DNA from: Methanobacteriota archaeon
GTDB lineage: Archaea > Thermoplasmatota > E2 > DHVEG-1
Assembly (NCBI GenBank): GCA_963769885.1
Contig: CAVYNH010000007.1
Coordinates: 288,001 to 352,000 of the forward strand
Length of the DNA stretch: 64,000 bases
Direction of reading: 5' to 3'
Part shown: piece after piece, positions 39,418 through 51,177 of the stretch
Position numbering within the stretch: position 1 is the stretch's first letter
Layout: the number at the start of each line of letters is the position of its first letter
Position numbers and translations under genes: made by a program
Notes under the pieces: generated by a model
What the model saw: the letters and a program-made list of their open reading frames with translations, nothing else
What the model was told of the DNA's origin: nothing
Databases searched by the model: none

Positions 39418-39643
39418 TGACAACCTCCTTGGGTATCCAAGGGTTAATGTTTTTTTCCTTATATATTCTTGTTTTTTCGGAGGGGTCCTTATCTGGTACG
39501 GAATCTGCGGAGGCCTGTCCGATGCACCTCACAGGGTCATGCAATCCGGTATCGTAATTTGTCCTTAGATATCCTTCAATGCTCTAAGAGGGTGTGAGGT
39601 GATGATTAAAGAGAAAAGAGAGGAGAGATTGTTTTGCTCTCCT

Positions 39644-42600
39644 TTACTTTTGTTTTCCTTTCTCATGGGCTGGATATTCATACCCAAGAGGCTTCTGCCT
39701 CTTCCCTCGTCTCATGAGCAGGACGATGGCGGCTATTACGATTATGGCGATGATCACGAGGCCGATGCCCCAGAGTGGGGCGTTTGCTCCACCGAAGATC
39801 GAGGGGGAGTAGGGGCTGAAGGTGCCGTTCACGGGGTCATAGACCGTGTCCCAGATACCGTCGCCGTTCGTGTCGATGAGGTAGGTTCCGTCCGCCTGCT
39901 GGGAGACGTGGGTTGTGCGTCCGGTCGTGCTGTTGTAATAGATGTCGAAGACGCCGTCGCCGTTCAGGTCGACGAGCGAACCGCCGGGGACAGTAACCGC
40001 GCCGATAACCATGACCTTCTTCGCAGTCCCGGAGGATGCTCCATAGGCGTCCTTGGCATAGACGCTGATGTTATAGACGCCAGGGCTCGTCCAGGCGTGC
40101 GACGCCGCGTACGCGACCCCGCTAGTCAGCAGCGTGGAGGTCGTGGTCGTTGCATCGCCCCAGTCGATGAAGTACTGGACGTCGTCATTGTTGGGGTCGG
40201 TCGAGGTGAAGCTATAGTCGTAGGAGACGAGGCTGTCGCCCGAAGTTGGCCCGCTAATCACCGGTGTGCTGGGGGCCGCGTTACCCGTAGTCGTAATCGT
40301 CGCCGTCGTTGAATCCACTCCCTCGTAATAGTCGTTGTCGTAGACGCGCAATGTTACCGCGTATGTTCCAGGGCTCGTGTAGGTGTGCGTTGGGTGCGCC
40401 CCGAGGTCGTGCCAGGTGTCGTTGGTGAAGAACCTCCACTCGTATTTGATGATGGTGTAGTTCTGCTTGTTGGCATGACTCCCGCTGCCGTCGAAGGTAA
40501 CCGCCGAGTCAACGAGACCATAGTAAGGTCCGCCTGCATCAGCCGTTGGGAGGAAGTGATCACTTTGTGGATTTGTCGGCGGCGATGGAGGCACTTCTCC
40601 TATCCCTGTGGTAAATGACCATATGGGCCCTGCGGTCGACAACAACCCGGGGTTATCAAAGGCGACGATCTTCCAGTAATAGACCGTGTGAGCGCTCAAT
40701 GTCCCTGGAGTGTAGGTTGTCGGCGACTGCTTGTTCGCGACCTTCGGCGGCGAGCTTGAGGTTCCGAAGTACACATCGTAGGTAACAGGGTCATCATTCG
40801 GATCCCCACCGGTCCAGCTGAGGACCGGGGTCACCCCGTCGATGGTCGAACCGTTTGCAGGGCTTGGGTCACTCGGGGGATACGGTGCAGCATTCACCGG
40901 CACCATCAAGGGGTAAAAATCTTTGTTGGGCGTAGCGTTCCCAGAGATATTGTACGGGATATCGCCGATACCGTCGCTTCCCTCGATGTCCTGATCGGGT
41001 CCGCTATAGTTATCAGGCCCGGTGTAATCAGACCAGTAGTTCCCACCCGTTGGATAGGTGAAGTTCCATTTGCTGCTATTCATGTTATCGTAGGCTTGAT
41101 GAATGTTGTACATGAAGTCGTTGTAGTAGATGGTATTGTCGGAAGAGTTCGTGAGCATTATGCCGTATTCCAGCGAATCGCGAACAACGTTGTAGACGAT
41201 CGTGTTGTTGCTCGAATTCGTCAGATTGACTCCGTAGATACATTCCAGCAGCGTGTTGTTACTCATCATCGAGTTGTTTAACCAGCCAGCGAAGAGCCCC
41301 ATCCAACAGTTTTCAAAGAAGTTCTTGCTGATGAGGAAGGTGCCCATTTCGAAGGTTGCATCATCATAGCAATCGGCACCAAACCCGCTGCCGTTGACCC
41401 ATAGGCCGAACCCGTCGTTGCTCACGAGGTGGTTGTTATTGAATTCGATGTTACCCATTACCATGGACGCGTTGTCATGCATGCTGTGGCTGATCTCCAA
41501 GTCTTCATAATCATTGAACCAGATGCCAGCGGCATCGCTCGAGATATCGTTGCCGCTCACGCTGAAGTTACCTATGGTCAGCGATGAGAAGTCGTACAGC
41601 CAACTGCCGATCCGAATCTGGTCGAAGTAGATCCCGTCCTCGTAGCTCGAAATGTGGTTATTGGTGATGAGGATGTCTCCGTAGGAGGCCGTGGCGTTGT
41701 CGCCCATGCCCTGTCCGATACCCTTGATGTATTCGAAGTCGATGCCGTCCCATTTCGAGTTGATGGTGTTGTCACTGAATTCGATGTTGCCCATAGTGTA
41801 GTTGGAGTTCCCGTGGAGCTTGTCCCCGAGTTTATCAATATAGTTGACATAGATACCGCAGTATTCGCCGTATCCGCTCGTAATGGTGTTGTGGTTCACG
41901 AGGATATCTCCCATCAGATAGGTGGCGTTGTCATCCATCTTTTTCCCTAAGGAGGAGAAATCATCGAGATACATACCCTTCTCGAGGCTCCAGATGGTGT
42001 TCGAGCAGATTTCAATGTTGCCCCAGACCATGGAGGAGTTGTCGTAAAGGCCTTTACCGATATCGTAGATATCTTCGTACAATCCGTCACTGGTCCAGGA
42101 GGAGATGGCGTTATTGTTCAGCTGGATGCTGCCCATCGTGAAGGTCGCGTTGTCGTACAGATCGTGGCCGAACTTGTAGATTTGGTCGATGTATAGGCCA
42201 TCGTCCCCACTCATGATTGTGTTGTGGTTGAAGGTGATGTTCCCCATGGCGAAGGCGCTCTGTTCGGAGAGGTCCTCCCCGAAGCGCTCCATGAACGTGT
42301 CGATACCACAGCTGTACGCCATAATCTGGTTGTAATTGAATTGGACATCATTCATGGTGAAGGTCGCGTTGTTCTCCATGTCATGGCCGAAGTATTTCAA
42401 GTATTCAAGGTTGATACCGTCGTCCCAGGTGCTGTTAATCGTGTTGCTGTTGAAGGTAATCTTGCCCATGGTGAAAGAGGCGTTGTTGTAGAGGTCGTAT
42501 CCGAATTTCTTTATTTTGTCGATGTTGATGCCTTCAAGGTAGCTCTTGATCACATTGGTGTTGAACTGGACGTCTCCTATTTTGCAGGTGGATGTCCCGT

Positions 42601-45600
42601 ATATGTCGTAGCCGAAGTATTTCAGGTATTCAATGTAGATGCCTCTCTCCCAGGCGCTGGTGATCGTGTTGCTGTTGAAGGTGAGGCTGCCCATGGTGAA
42701 CAAGGTGTGGTCTGAGGGCCCTTCCCCGAGATCTTCTCCGAAGTCAGCGAGGTAATAGACATCGATGCCTATATCGTAGGCGTCGATGACGTTCTCGTTG
42801 AACTGGATGTTGCCCATCTTTGCGGTCGCATTGTCATAGAGGTAATAGCCGTTATCGTAGAGCTCATAGAGGTAGATACCGTCGTCATTCCTACTTGCAA
42901 TGTTGTTGGTGTTGACCTGGAAATCCTTCATCGAAAAGGAAGAATCATTATACAGGTACGCCCCGAAGTAATAGAAGTCGTCTAAGTAGATGCCTTCGTT
43001 ATAGCTCTTTATTATATTGTCGTTGAAGAGGACGCTTCCCATCGTGAAGGTTGAGGTCCCGTAGATATCGTATCCGAAATAATCGTACTCGGCGTAGATT
43101 CCACAGGATCCATCGCAGTAATCACCAGTGGTAATCGTATTCCCATTCACCTCGATATTCTTCATGGTAAAACGAGTGTTGTCCGAGGAGCATTCTCCGA
43201 GTGTCTCCCCGAAATCACCGAGGTAATTTATGTCGATACCGGTGTCATAACTGTCAATCACGTTCTGGTTGAATTGAACGTGCCCCATCTGCGCAACCGC
43301 GTTGTCATACAACTCGTAACCAAAATCGTAGAGATCATCGACGTAAATACCTTCAGAATCACTGCTCGCAATATGGTTTCGGTTGACTTCGATATCTCCC
43401 ATAGTGAAGCTTGCGTTGTCGGTAATATCGTAGCCGAAATAGCCGAAAGGAGAGCTACCATAATAGTCATCCAAGTAAATGCCCTCATTGTAACTATTAA
43501 TCACGTTGTCGTTGAAGAGGATGCTCCCTATTGTGCAGGTGGAGTTCCCGTAGATATCATATCCGAAATCTTCATATACGGCATAAATCCCGTAATCACC
43601 ACTGGTAATCGTGTTCTCGTTCACCTCGACATTATCCATGGTAAAACGAGTGTTGTCCGAGGAGCCTGTTCCGAGTTCCTCCCCGAAATCACCGAGGTAA
43701 TCTATCTCGATACCGTCGTCGTAGCTGCCGATCACGTTCTGGTTGAATTGGACATGTCCCATCTGCGCAACCGCGTTATCATACACATCATAGCCGAAAT
43801 CGTAGAGATCAGAGACGTAAATGCCTTCAGAATCACTGCTCGTAATAAGGTTTCGGTTGACTTCGAGACTACCCATGGTAAAGGTGGCATCGTTGTGCAT
43901 GTTATAGCCGAAATAATAGAATTCATCTAAGTAGATGCCTTCGCCGTAACTGTTAATCACGTTGTCGTTGAAGAGAACATCACCGATAGTGCAACTCGCG
44001 TTCTCGTACAGTTTGTACCCGAAATCCTCGTACTCGGCATAGATACCGGAATCATAGCTGCTTGTGATGGTGTTCGTGTTGACTTCGATGTCCCCCATGG
44101 TAAACGAGGAGTAATCATACATCCTTTTCCCGAAATCACCGAGGTATTTAATTTCGAGGCCCTCGTAGTAGCTCTGAATCTGGTTATTGTTGAATTGGAT
44201 GTTTACCATAACGAAAACTGCGCTGTCATGGAGACCGCACCCGAAACCTCCGATATCAACGTTAATCCCGTCATCATAACCACTCGTGATCTGGTTATTG
44301 TTGACCTCGAGACTACCCATGGTGAAAGAGGAGTCATCGTCCATTCCACAGCCGAACCCACCGAAATCCTCTAGGTAGATGCCTTCTTCCTCGTAGGTAT
44401 GGATGATATTGTCGTTGAACAGGACATCACCCATGACGCAGGTAGAATTATCGGAGCTACCGCACCCGAAACCCCCATAACTAGCGTAGATGCCTATATC
44501 ATTACTGCTGGTAACGGTGTTCGTGTTCACCTCAACGGTCCCCATGGTAAATGAGGAGTCCTCATCCATACCGTCCCCAAAGCCACCGAGATCAATTTCA
44601 ATACCTTCATAGTAGCTCTGAATCTGGTTATTGTCGAATTGGACATCGGCCATAATGACGTTCGCAGTACCGCACAGATCGCACCCGAAACTTCCGATAT
44701 CAACGTTAATCCCGTCATCATTCCCACTCGTGATCTGGTTATTGTTGACCTCGAGACTACCCATGGTGAAAGAGGAGTCATCGCTTAATCCACAGCCGAA
44801 ACCGCCGAATTCCTCTAAGTAGAGGCCATCTTCCTCGTAGGTATGGATGACATTGTCGTTGAACAGGACGCTTCCTATGGTCGAGACCGCGTGATTACCC
44901 AGATCTACTCCGATGTCCTCGTATTCAGCATAGATGCCTCGATCATTGAGGCTGGTGACATTGTTCAGGTTCACCTCGATATTCCCCATCGTGAACGAGG
45001 AATTATCGCCCATCATCGCGCCGAGGTAACTAATGTACTTGAGGTCGATTCCCTCGTAATAGCTGTGAATTCGGTTGCTATTGATTTTGATGCTCTTCAT
45101 GGTGACTGTCGAGTTGTCGCCTAGGAAAGTGCCGATGAACCAGAGATACTCGACATGGATGCCGTCATCATCGTCGCTCGTGATCTGGTTGCTGCTGATG
45201 GCTATGTTACCCATTGTGAAGGAACTGCTGTTGGCCATGAAAATGCCGAAGCAGCCGAAATTATCAAGGTAAATGCCCTCTTCGTCAATGGTGTGGATGA
45301 TGTTCTGGTTGAAGAGGATGTCACCAATAACGCAGGCCGAGTGATCAGACATGAACACTCCAATCCCCATATAGCATGCATAGATGCCGACATCGCCGCT
45401 GTCTATGGTGTTCAAGCAGACCTCGATGTTCCCCATGTGAAGCGAGGAGGAGTCGTACATATATTTGCCGAATTCACCAAAGTAATCCTCGGTGTAGTAA
45501 TCCTGGCCGATAATGATCCCATAACTGCCGCCGATGGTGTTCCCATTGAATTTAATGTCGCCTATCGTGCAGACCGTGCTCTGGTGCATCTCATACCCGA

Positions 45601-47489
45601 TGTAATCAAAATCGTCGACATAGATGCCGCAGCCGACAATAGTATTCCCGGTGACGAGGAAGGATCCCACAGTACATTGGGAGTAATTGAACATATTCGT
45701 CCCCCATCCCTCGTTGTCAACGTAAATGCCGGCACCTTCAGAGGCTTCGGGATAGGTGGAAATCGTATTATTCCTAATGAAGAAATCACCCATCGTCACC
45801 GAGGAGGTATCAAACATGCCGTAATCAGCACTATCATATCCTCCAATATAATACGAATCGAAATAGATGCCGCACCCATAGGCATCGATCACATTGTCTT
45901 CGATGATTAAATCCCCGACGGTAATACTCGACGTGTTGTGATAGTCGTACCAGTACCCATAATCATCGACGCCGATGCCTGAACCAACCAATTTGAAAGT
46001 ATTGCCCGTGATCCGCATTTGACCATAGACACCTGTGGTGGTTCCTGACCAGTTTTCTCCGTCGTAGTAGTCGACATAGATGCCGGTGTCGTCTTGATAT
46101 CCAAACGCATTGTCGGTGATGAGAATATTACCGACGGTCACCTCGACGTTGTGCAAGTTAAAGAGGTCTCCGTAGAAATCCAGACCGTCGTCCCCACCGT
46201 AGACGTTGTTCCCAGAGATATTAATCATCCCAACGGTGATGGTTCCCCCGAGGAGATTCGACACGTACATGCCGTCGTCATCGTCATTGTAGAAATCAAT
46301 GGCGTCAGCGCACGACCCGTTCATGTAGAACGTGTTCCCAGTAACACTAATCGCTCCTATGGTGGCAGTGTATCCACTTGTGTGATTGTAATCCAAATTG
46401 ATGCCTACGAACACCGCATGATCATAGTAGTCGTCAGTATATTGGTAGAACCGATTGTTCTTGATGGTACCTGGCAAACACCTTGTAGTTGGACGACAGG
46501 TTTTCCTGGTTGATCTCCCACCAGACACTATTTTCAGCATAGTAGAAGACGTTGTTCTGAATCGTGAACCCGGAGGCGTTCGTGCAATCGATTCCAATCG
46601 TCGCATTCTCGAGGACGAACCCGTCGATCGTCACATTGTTCACCGTGATGCTTATTGCAGTGGCCTCGCTCCCGTCGACCACGGGCCATCCATTGCTGCC
46701 CCTCAGCAGAGTGATGCTCTTGTTGACCACGACGTTTTCCTGATATGTCCCGGCATCCGCCGTGATGGTGTGACCATTAAGGGTATTAGGATCGTCGATT
46801 GCTTCCTGAATCGTCGCGAAATCCTCTCCCGTGTTGAGGTTGTGGACATGGCCGAGAATCAGAGGTGCAGAGCCGCCGCCATTGCTGCGACTTGTCTGAC
46901 CATCTAGAGTAGGCTGCTGAGTCTGACTATCTCCACTCGAAGGATTCGAAGCCGTACTCCTCAGTGACGGTCCTTGAGTCGCCTGTTGAGCGGTATTCAC
47001 TCCTGGACTCGACGAGGGTGTTCCCCCGGTGCCCAGGGATGCAAGGACGCTCTCGAGAGTCGGCCTCTCCATGGACAAGGACTGAATCCGGCTTTTCTGC
47101 TCGGGGGTAAGTTGTTTCACCTCGGTTTTTACCTTGGTTCCTTGGTGCGAGAGTGATGTCGCATTCAAAATGGGGGGCGTCGGATGTGTCTTGATATTTG
47201 TAGTGAGGTTATCGACGTATGTTGTTATGTCTTCGTTCTGATTCGGATTCGGTTTATTGGGGAGGGTTTTTATAGACGAAGGATTTGAATTCCGCCCTGT
47301 CTTAACCTGAGGCGGTTGATAGTCATTCTGCGGCTCCATCTTTTTCTCGTGCGATGTTCCCTTTGCCCCAAGATCTAACTTCGAGTTCGAGGGCTGGTTT
47401 ATTCCGCTGATGACCGGTAAGAAATTGGCTCCAAGGAATAGGACCATTACTCCTATTACCACATATTTTCTAGAGGTTGTATTCCCCAT
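39644..47489 (-). pseudogene. Giant (~2,600 aa if joined) beta-helix/NosD-like surface protein with PKD domains and TM anchor, split by a 1-nt frameshift near 46476-46478
   Basis: ORF 46434..47528 holds the signal peptide and TIQEAID...GTYQENV beta-helix start. ORF 39644..46606 holds the repeats, GGNYWSDY, PKD, DxNGDG and the TM. Removing one T from GTGTTTGCC joins them. Could be a sequencing error. Confidence 0.7.
42100..45500 (-). repeat. Internal ~38-40-codon tandem repeats in the giant surface gene
   Basis: Unit GIY.....FG..M/L...S.FTMG.I.VN.N.I.S recurs dozens of times. Near-identical DNA blocks at ~43130-43390 vs ~43600-43870 and ~44165-44420 vs ~44610-44870. Confidence 0.85.
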
Positions 47490-47594
47490 AATTCTGGCCT
47501 CCTCACTTAAGAGTCTTATTGAAGGCAAAGAAGAAACTGCTTATAAATGTTACGAAAAATTCAGCGTAAATATTAATTTAAATTAAAATATGAA

Positions 47595-48286
47595 ATAGGG
47601 GCTGCGCCCCTATGACCCCGTTCCGCCTTCGTTCCTCGGCAAGCCCTCTTGGGCATTGCCGTATCTCACTCGGCGGTCAGGCGTTGTTGTCGGTCGTCGA
47701 TGATGGTCACGTTGTGATGGTGTTGCTGATCGCGTAGGTAGGCTGAGGATTCATCAAGGCTGGTCAATCCGGTGGACTCGTGGTGCTCGTACCCGCTCCA
47801 GAATCCCCCGCGGGGGTAGCGTTTGTGGAACCCGGGGTGAGCCTGGAACATTCTCCGGGAGGTGTAAGACTTGAGAATAATCTCAGCGGTTTCAATGGAG
47901 TACCGCTTGGGAACGTTGACCTGGAGATGTACATGGGTTTCGGCGAATCCGAATTCGCCGAACTCGAACCCAAGGCGTTCCAGGTCGTGGAACGCCTGGG
48001 TGCAGGTGTCGATGTGGCTTTGTTTTCGGAAGTTCCGGTACCTTTTGTGTGTCGGGAACATCATGGTCACCCAGTTGTTGCGGGTGTCACCCGCAACCTT
48101 TTTAGAGCTGCCGCTCGATACACTCTCCATAAGTTTTTGTACTCCTGTCGCGCGGTAAAGGGGCAGGCGGACGCCTGCCCGCCGCGACAAAAAATGTAAC
48201 GAGTGTTGTGAGAAAAAGACGACGAGCGGCCTCTCATCTGCGGGTCTTCACTGCGGTTCAGACCACGCAGTATTCCCGGCCGCTAC
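47595..48286 (-). mobile_element. Stand-alone IS200-like element (tnpA only, no tnpB) with flanking hairpins
   Basis: Hairpins at 47595-47613, 47638-47660, 48146-48188 and 48225-48284; AT-rich flanks; exact ends unknown. Confidence 0.6.
47666..48130 (-). CDS. tnpA: IS200/IS605-family Y1 (HUH) transposase
   Basis: THVH HUH motif, LKSYTSR, FWSGY, YLRDQ catalytic-Tyr motif; ATG 48130 with GGAG upstream. Confidence 0.85.
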   Translation of the reverse strand: MESVSSGSSKKVAGDTRNNWVTMMFPTHKRYRNFRKQSHIDTCTQAFHDLERLGFEFGEFGFAETHVHLQVNVPKRYSIETAEIILKSYTSRRMFQAHPGFHKRYPRGGFWSGYEHHESTGLTSLDESSAYLRDQQHHHNVTIIDDRQQRLTAE

Positions 48287-48614
48287 TGATAAATTAATAA
48301 AAATAATTGTTGATATTATTTTTAATAATAGCTGTGACTCCGAACAGAAACCGATTCTCCCCCGCTGCAACCGCTCTGAACCACCTTCATATACCGCTCC
48401 AATCAGACAGAAAGGATGGGATGTGGCAGGCCGATGGGATGGAAAAAGTGGGGATGGTATGGCGGCCTGCCCGATGCGATGAAGGATTCCTTAAGGGTTC
48501 CTCATAGTATAAGTAGCTGCCCCGGCAAAATACCAAAATGACGAACTCCCGCCATTCATCAGCCCAGAATATATAAAGTGTCCATCGGATTGCCTGCCAA
48601 CAAGGAGGCCACCA

Positions 48615-49262
48615 ATGGTCATCATCGCACCCTCAATCCTCTCTGCGGACTTCACCCGGCTCGGCGACGAAATCAAAGCGGTCGAAGCCGCCGGCGCCGA
48701 ATGGCTCCACATCGACGTCATGGACGGCCACTTCGTCCCCAACATCACCATCGGGCCTGTCGTCGTGGAAAGCATCCGCAAACGCACACAACTCATCCTC
48801 GACTGTCACCTCATGATCACCGACCCGCTCGCCTACGTCGACGCCTTCGCCAAGGCCGGCGCCGACCTCATCACCATCCACGCGGAATGCGCCTCAGACA
48901 TCCATAAAACTATCAACGCGATCCACGACACGGGCTGCAACGCCGGCATCGCCATCAACCCCGAGACACCCGTGAACACCATCGAGCCGTATCTCCCGCA
49001 TGTCGACCTCGTCCTCATCATGTCCGTTCATCCCGGGTACTCAGGACAAAAATTCATCCCGGATGTGGTTCAAAAAATCGAGACCGTACATCGACGACTT
49101 CCGATGATTCCCCATCACATCGATCTTCAGGTTGACGGCGGCATCAACGCGGAGAACGCACGCCTTGTGACTGCCCACGGTGCGAATGTCCTCGTCGCCG
49201 CGAGCTATATTTTCCACAGTCAGGACTATATCCAGGCGATCCAAGCACTCCGCTCAGCCTAG
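48615..49262 (+). CDS. rpe: Ribulose-phosphate 3-epimerase
   Basis: APSILSADF, HIDVMDGHFVPNIT, DCHLM, MSVHPG, VDGGIN. Confidence 0.95.
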   Translation: MVIIAPSILSADFTRLGDEIKAVEAAGAEWLHIDVMDGHFVPNITIGPVVVESIRKRTQLILDCHLMITDPLAYVDAFAKAGADLITIHAECASDIHKTINAIHDTGCNAGIAINPETPVNTIEPYLPHVDLVLIMSVHPGYSGQKFIPDVVQKIETVHRRLPMIPHHIDLQVDGGINAENARLVTAHGANVLVAASYIFHSQDYIQAIQALRSA

Positions 49263-49928
49263 ACCCGCGATGAGGTCCCGGAGTACCTTTTCCTGATCCT
49301 TCGCTTTCACAACCCCGCTGGCGAGCAAGACGCCGTCCGCGCCTAATCGCTGGGCGGCATGGACGTCCTCTCCACTTTTCACGCCAGCCCCGCATAAAAC
49401 CTTGACAGCAGGGGCGATAGCTTTGACCGCTTTCACCGTGTCGTTGACGATCCGGGGATCTGCTGTGGTCACCGAGATATCCCCTCCGATGAGCTCAGGT
49501 GGCTCCACCGCGATCATCTGCGGCAGCAGCCCTGCCGCGGCCCTCGAGGTCGCGACATTGTTCGTGCAGACGACGCTCGTCAGCCCGACCGCCTTCGATC
49601 GCGCGATACAGGCATCGATGTCCGCAAGCTTGAGCCGATGCTCGCTGTGATTGATGAGGGTCCCGAGCGCGCCGGCGGCCTTCACCGCCTCAGGCAGGAT
49701 CCACCCCGTGCAGCTCCCGGGCGGCATCGGGTCGATATGCTGGGCATAGACCGGCAGGTTCGCTGCCTGAGCGCACGGGGCGATATCCGACGGCTGAACA
49801 GCGATAACTAGCGATGCCCCGGTCTGTTTGCTCAGGTCGGCCATGAGCTTGGCCATGGCGACCGCCCGCGGTCCCGTGGATTCCAGATACGTCTTCACAT
49901 TGACGATAATGATCGGCGTCCGTTCCAT
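49254..49928 (-). CDS. tpiA: Triosephosphate isomerase (archaeal type)
   Basis: NVKTY, AQHID, LINHSEHR, AVEPPELIG, GVLLASG. Confidence 0.95.
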   Translation of the reverse strand: MERTPIIIVNVKTYLESTGPRAVAMAKLMADLSKQTGASLVIAVQPSDIAPCAQAANLPVYAQHIDPMPPGSCTGWILPEAVKAAGALGTLINHSEHRLKLADIDACIARSKAVGLTSVVCTNNVATSRAAAGLLPQMIAVEPPELIGGDISVTTADPRIVNDTVKAVKAIAPAVKVLCGAGVKSGEDVHAAQRLGADGVLLASGVVKAKDQEKVLRDLIAGLG

Positions 49929-49998
49929 AGGTGGTCTCCTCTCGTACGCCCCCTATACTCAGAAACGCATAAATAACTTTACGTGGAAAACAAACAGG

Positions 49999-51111
49999 TT
50001 ATTTCGTGACGACCAGCGTGAGGACATCCCCGTCCTTGAGGACATGCTCCAGGCCGACCTTCTGCCCCGCATGCCGCGCGGACTGCCCCCAGACCGTCGC
50101 ATACCGGAAATTCCGCTGGAAATCCCGATGGATCTTCCGGCAGGCATCCGCCACCGTCTGCCCCTCTCTCAGGATCAGCGGCTTCTCGTAATCCGCCTTC
50201 TTGCCCACCGGCTTCATGAACACCCGGATCAGCCGCAGATGCAGAAACACCTTCTCCCGCAGCTCAAGCAGCCCTGCGCCCGTCCGCGCCGAGATCGTCA
50301 CCACATCATAGCCCCTCGCCTGGATCCGCTGCGTCGCCACCCGCACCGCCTCCGCCGGCGCCATATCAACCTTGTTAATGACCACCAACGCCGGCAGATA
50401 CACCCGGTTCTGCGAAAACGAATCAATCAGCTGGTCCTCGGTCACGTTCTGCCGCACCGTGACCTCCGCGTTGATCACGAACTCCGACGCAATCGACTTC
50501 ACCGTCAGCTCACTGAGATGCGTCAACGGCGTCGTCGTATTCACCGTGATGCCCCCATGGCCCTGCTTGCGGACGATCACGTCCGGCGGCCGCTGGTTCA
50601 CCCGCAGCCCCGCCTTGTACAACTCCGCCTCGATCACGGACAGCTGCTCCAGGCTCTCCGCATCCACCATGAACAACAATAGATCCACGGACCGCAACGC
50701 CGAAAGCACCTCCCGGCCCCGACCGCGACCCAGCGACGCCCCCGAAATCAACCCCGGCAGATCCAACAGCTGGACCTCCGCCCCCTTATACGTCATCATC
50801 CCCGGGATCATCTCAAGCGTCGTGAAATCATAATCCCCGACCTTACTCGACGCCGCCGTCAACTGATTCAGAAGCGTGCTCTTCCCGATACTCGGAAACC
50901 CAACGATACCGACGGTCGCATCCCCATGCTTTTTCACTGCAAACCCACGGCCACGCCCCCCAGACGCCGCCTTCCGCCGATCCGCCTCCTCACGCAACCG
51001 CGCAATCTTCGCCTTCAACCGACCGATATGATGCTCCGTCGCCTTATTCTTCTGAGTCTTGAAAATCTCATCCTCAATGGCCTTGATCTGCTGCTCAATC
51101 GTCTGATCCAT
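49999..51111 (-). CDS. DRG/Obg-family GTPase with TGS domain
   Basis: KNKATEHH, GFPSIGKST, YDFTT, DLPG, NKVD, GQKVGLEH. Confidence 0.92.
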   Translation of the reverse strand: MDQTIEQQIKAIEDEIFKTQKNKATEHHIGRLKAKIARLREEADRRKAASGGRGRGFAVKKHGDATVGIVGFPSIGKSTLLNQLTAASSKVGDYDFTTLEMIPGMMTYKGAEVQLLDLPGLISGASLGRGRGREVLSALRSVDLLLFMVDAESLEQLSVIEAELYKAGLRVNQRPPDVIVRKQGHGGITVNTTTPLTHLSELTVKSIASEFVINAEVTVRQNVTEDQLIDSFSQNRVYLPALVVINKVDMAPAEAVRVATQRIQARGYDVVTISARTGAGLLELREKVFLHLRLIRVFMKPVGKKADYEKPLILREGQTVADACRKIHRDFQRNFRYATVWGQSARHAGQKVGLEHVLKDGDVLTLVVTK

Positions 51112-51177
51112 AATCCCTGAAGTCAATCAACTCGAAACGAACCACCCCTTATAAAAAAACCGTCCCCTCAACAAAAT

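Noticed and set aside
42100-45500. CRISPR array or DGR template/variable repeats
   Set aside because: Repeats are in-frame coding units with no spacers; no cas gene or reverse transcriptase is in the window.
48225-48284. Twister ribozyme or cobalamin riboswitch
   Set aside because: Only superficial resemblance; conserved core nucleotides do not match. An IS-end hairpin is more economical.
48307-48507. 66-aa ORF over the GATGG-repeat element
   Set aside because: TTG start in AT-rich DNA and no motif; the repeats and stem are better explained as non-coding.
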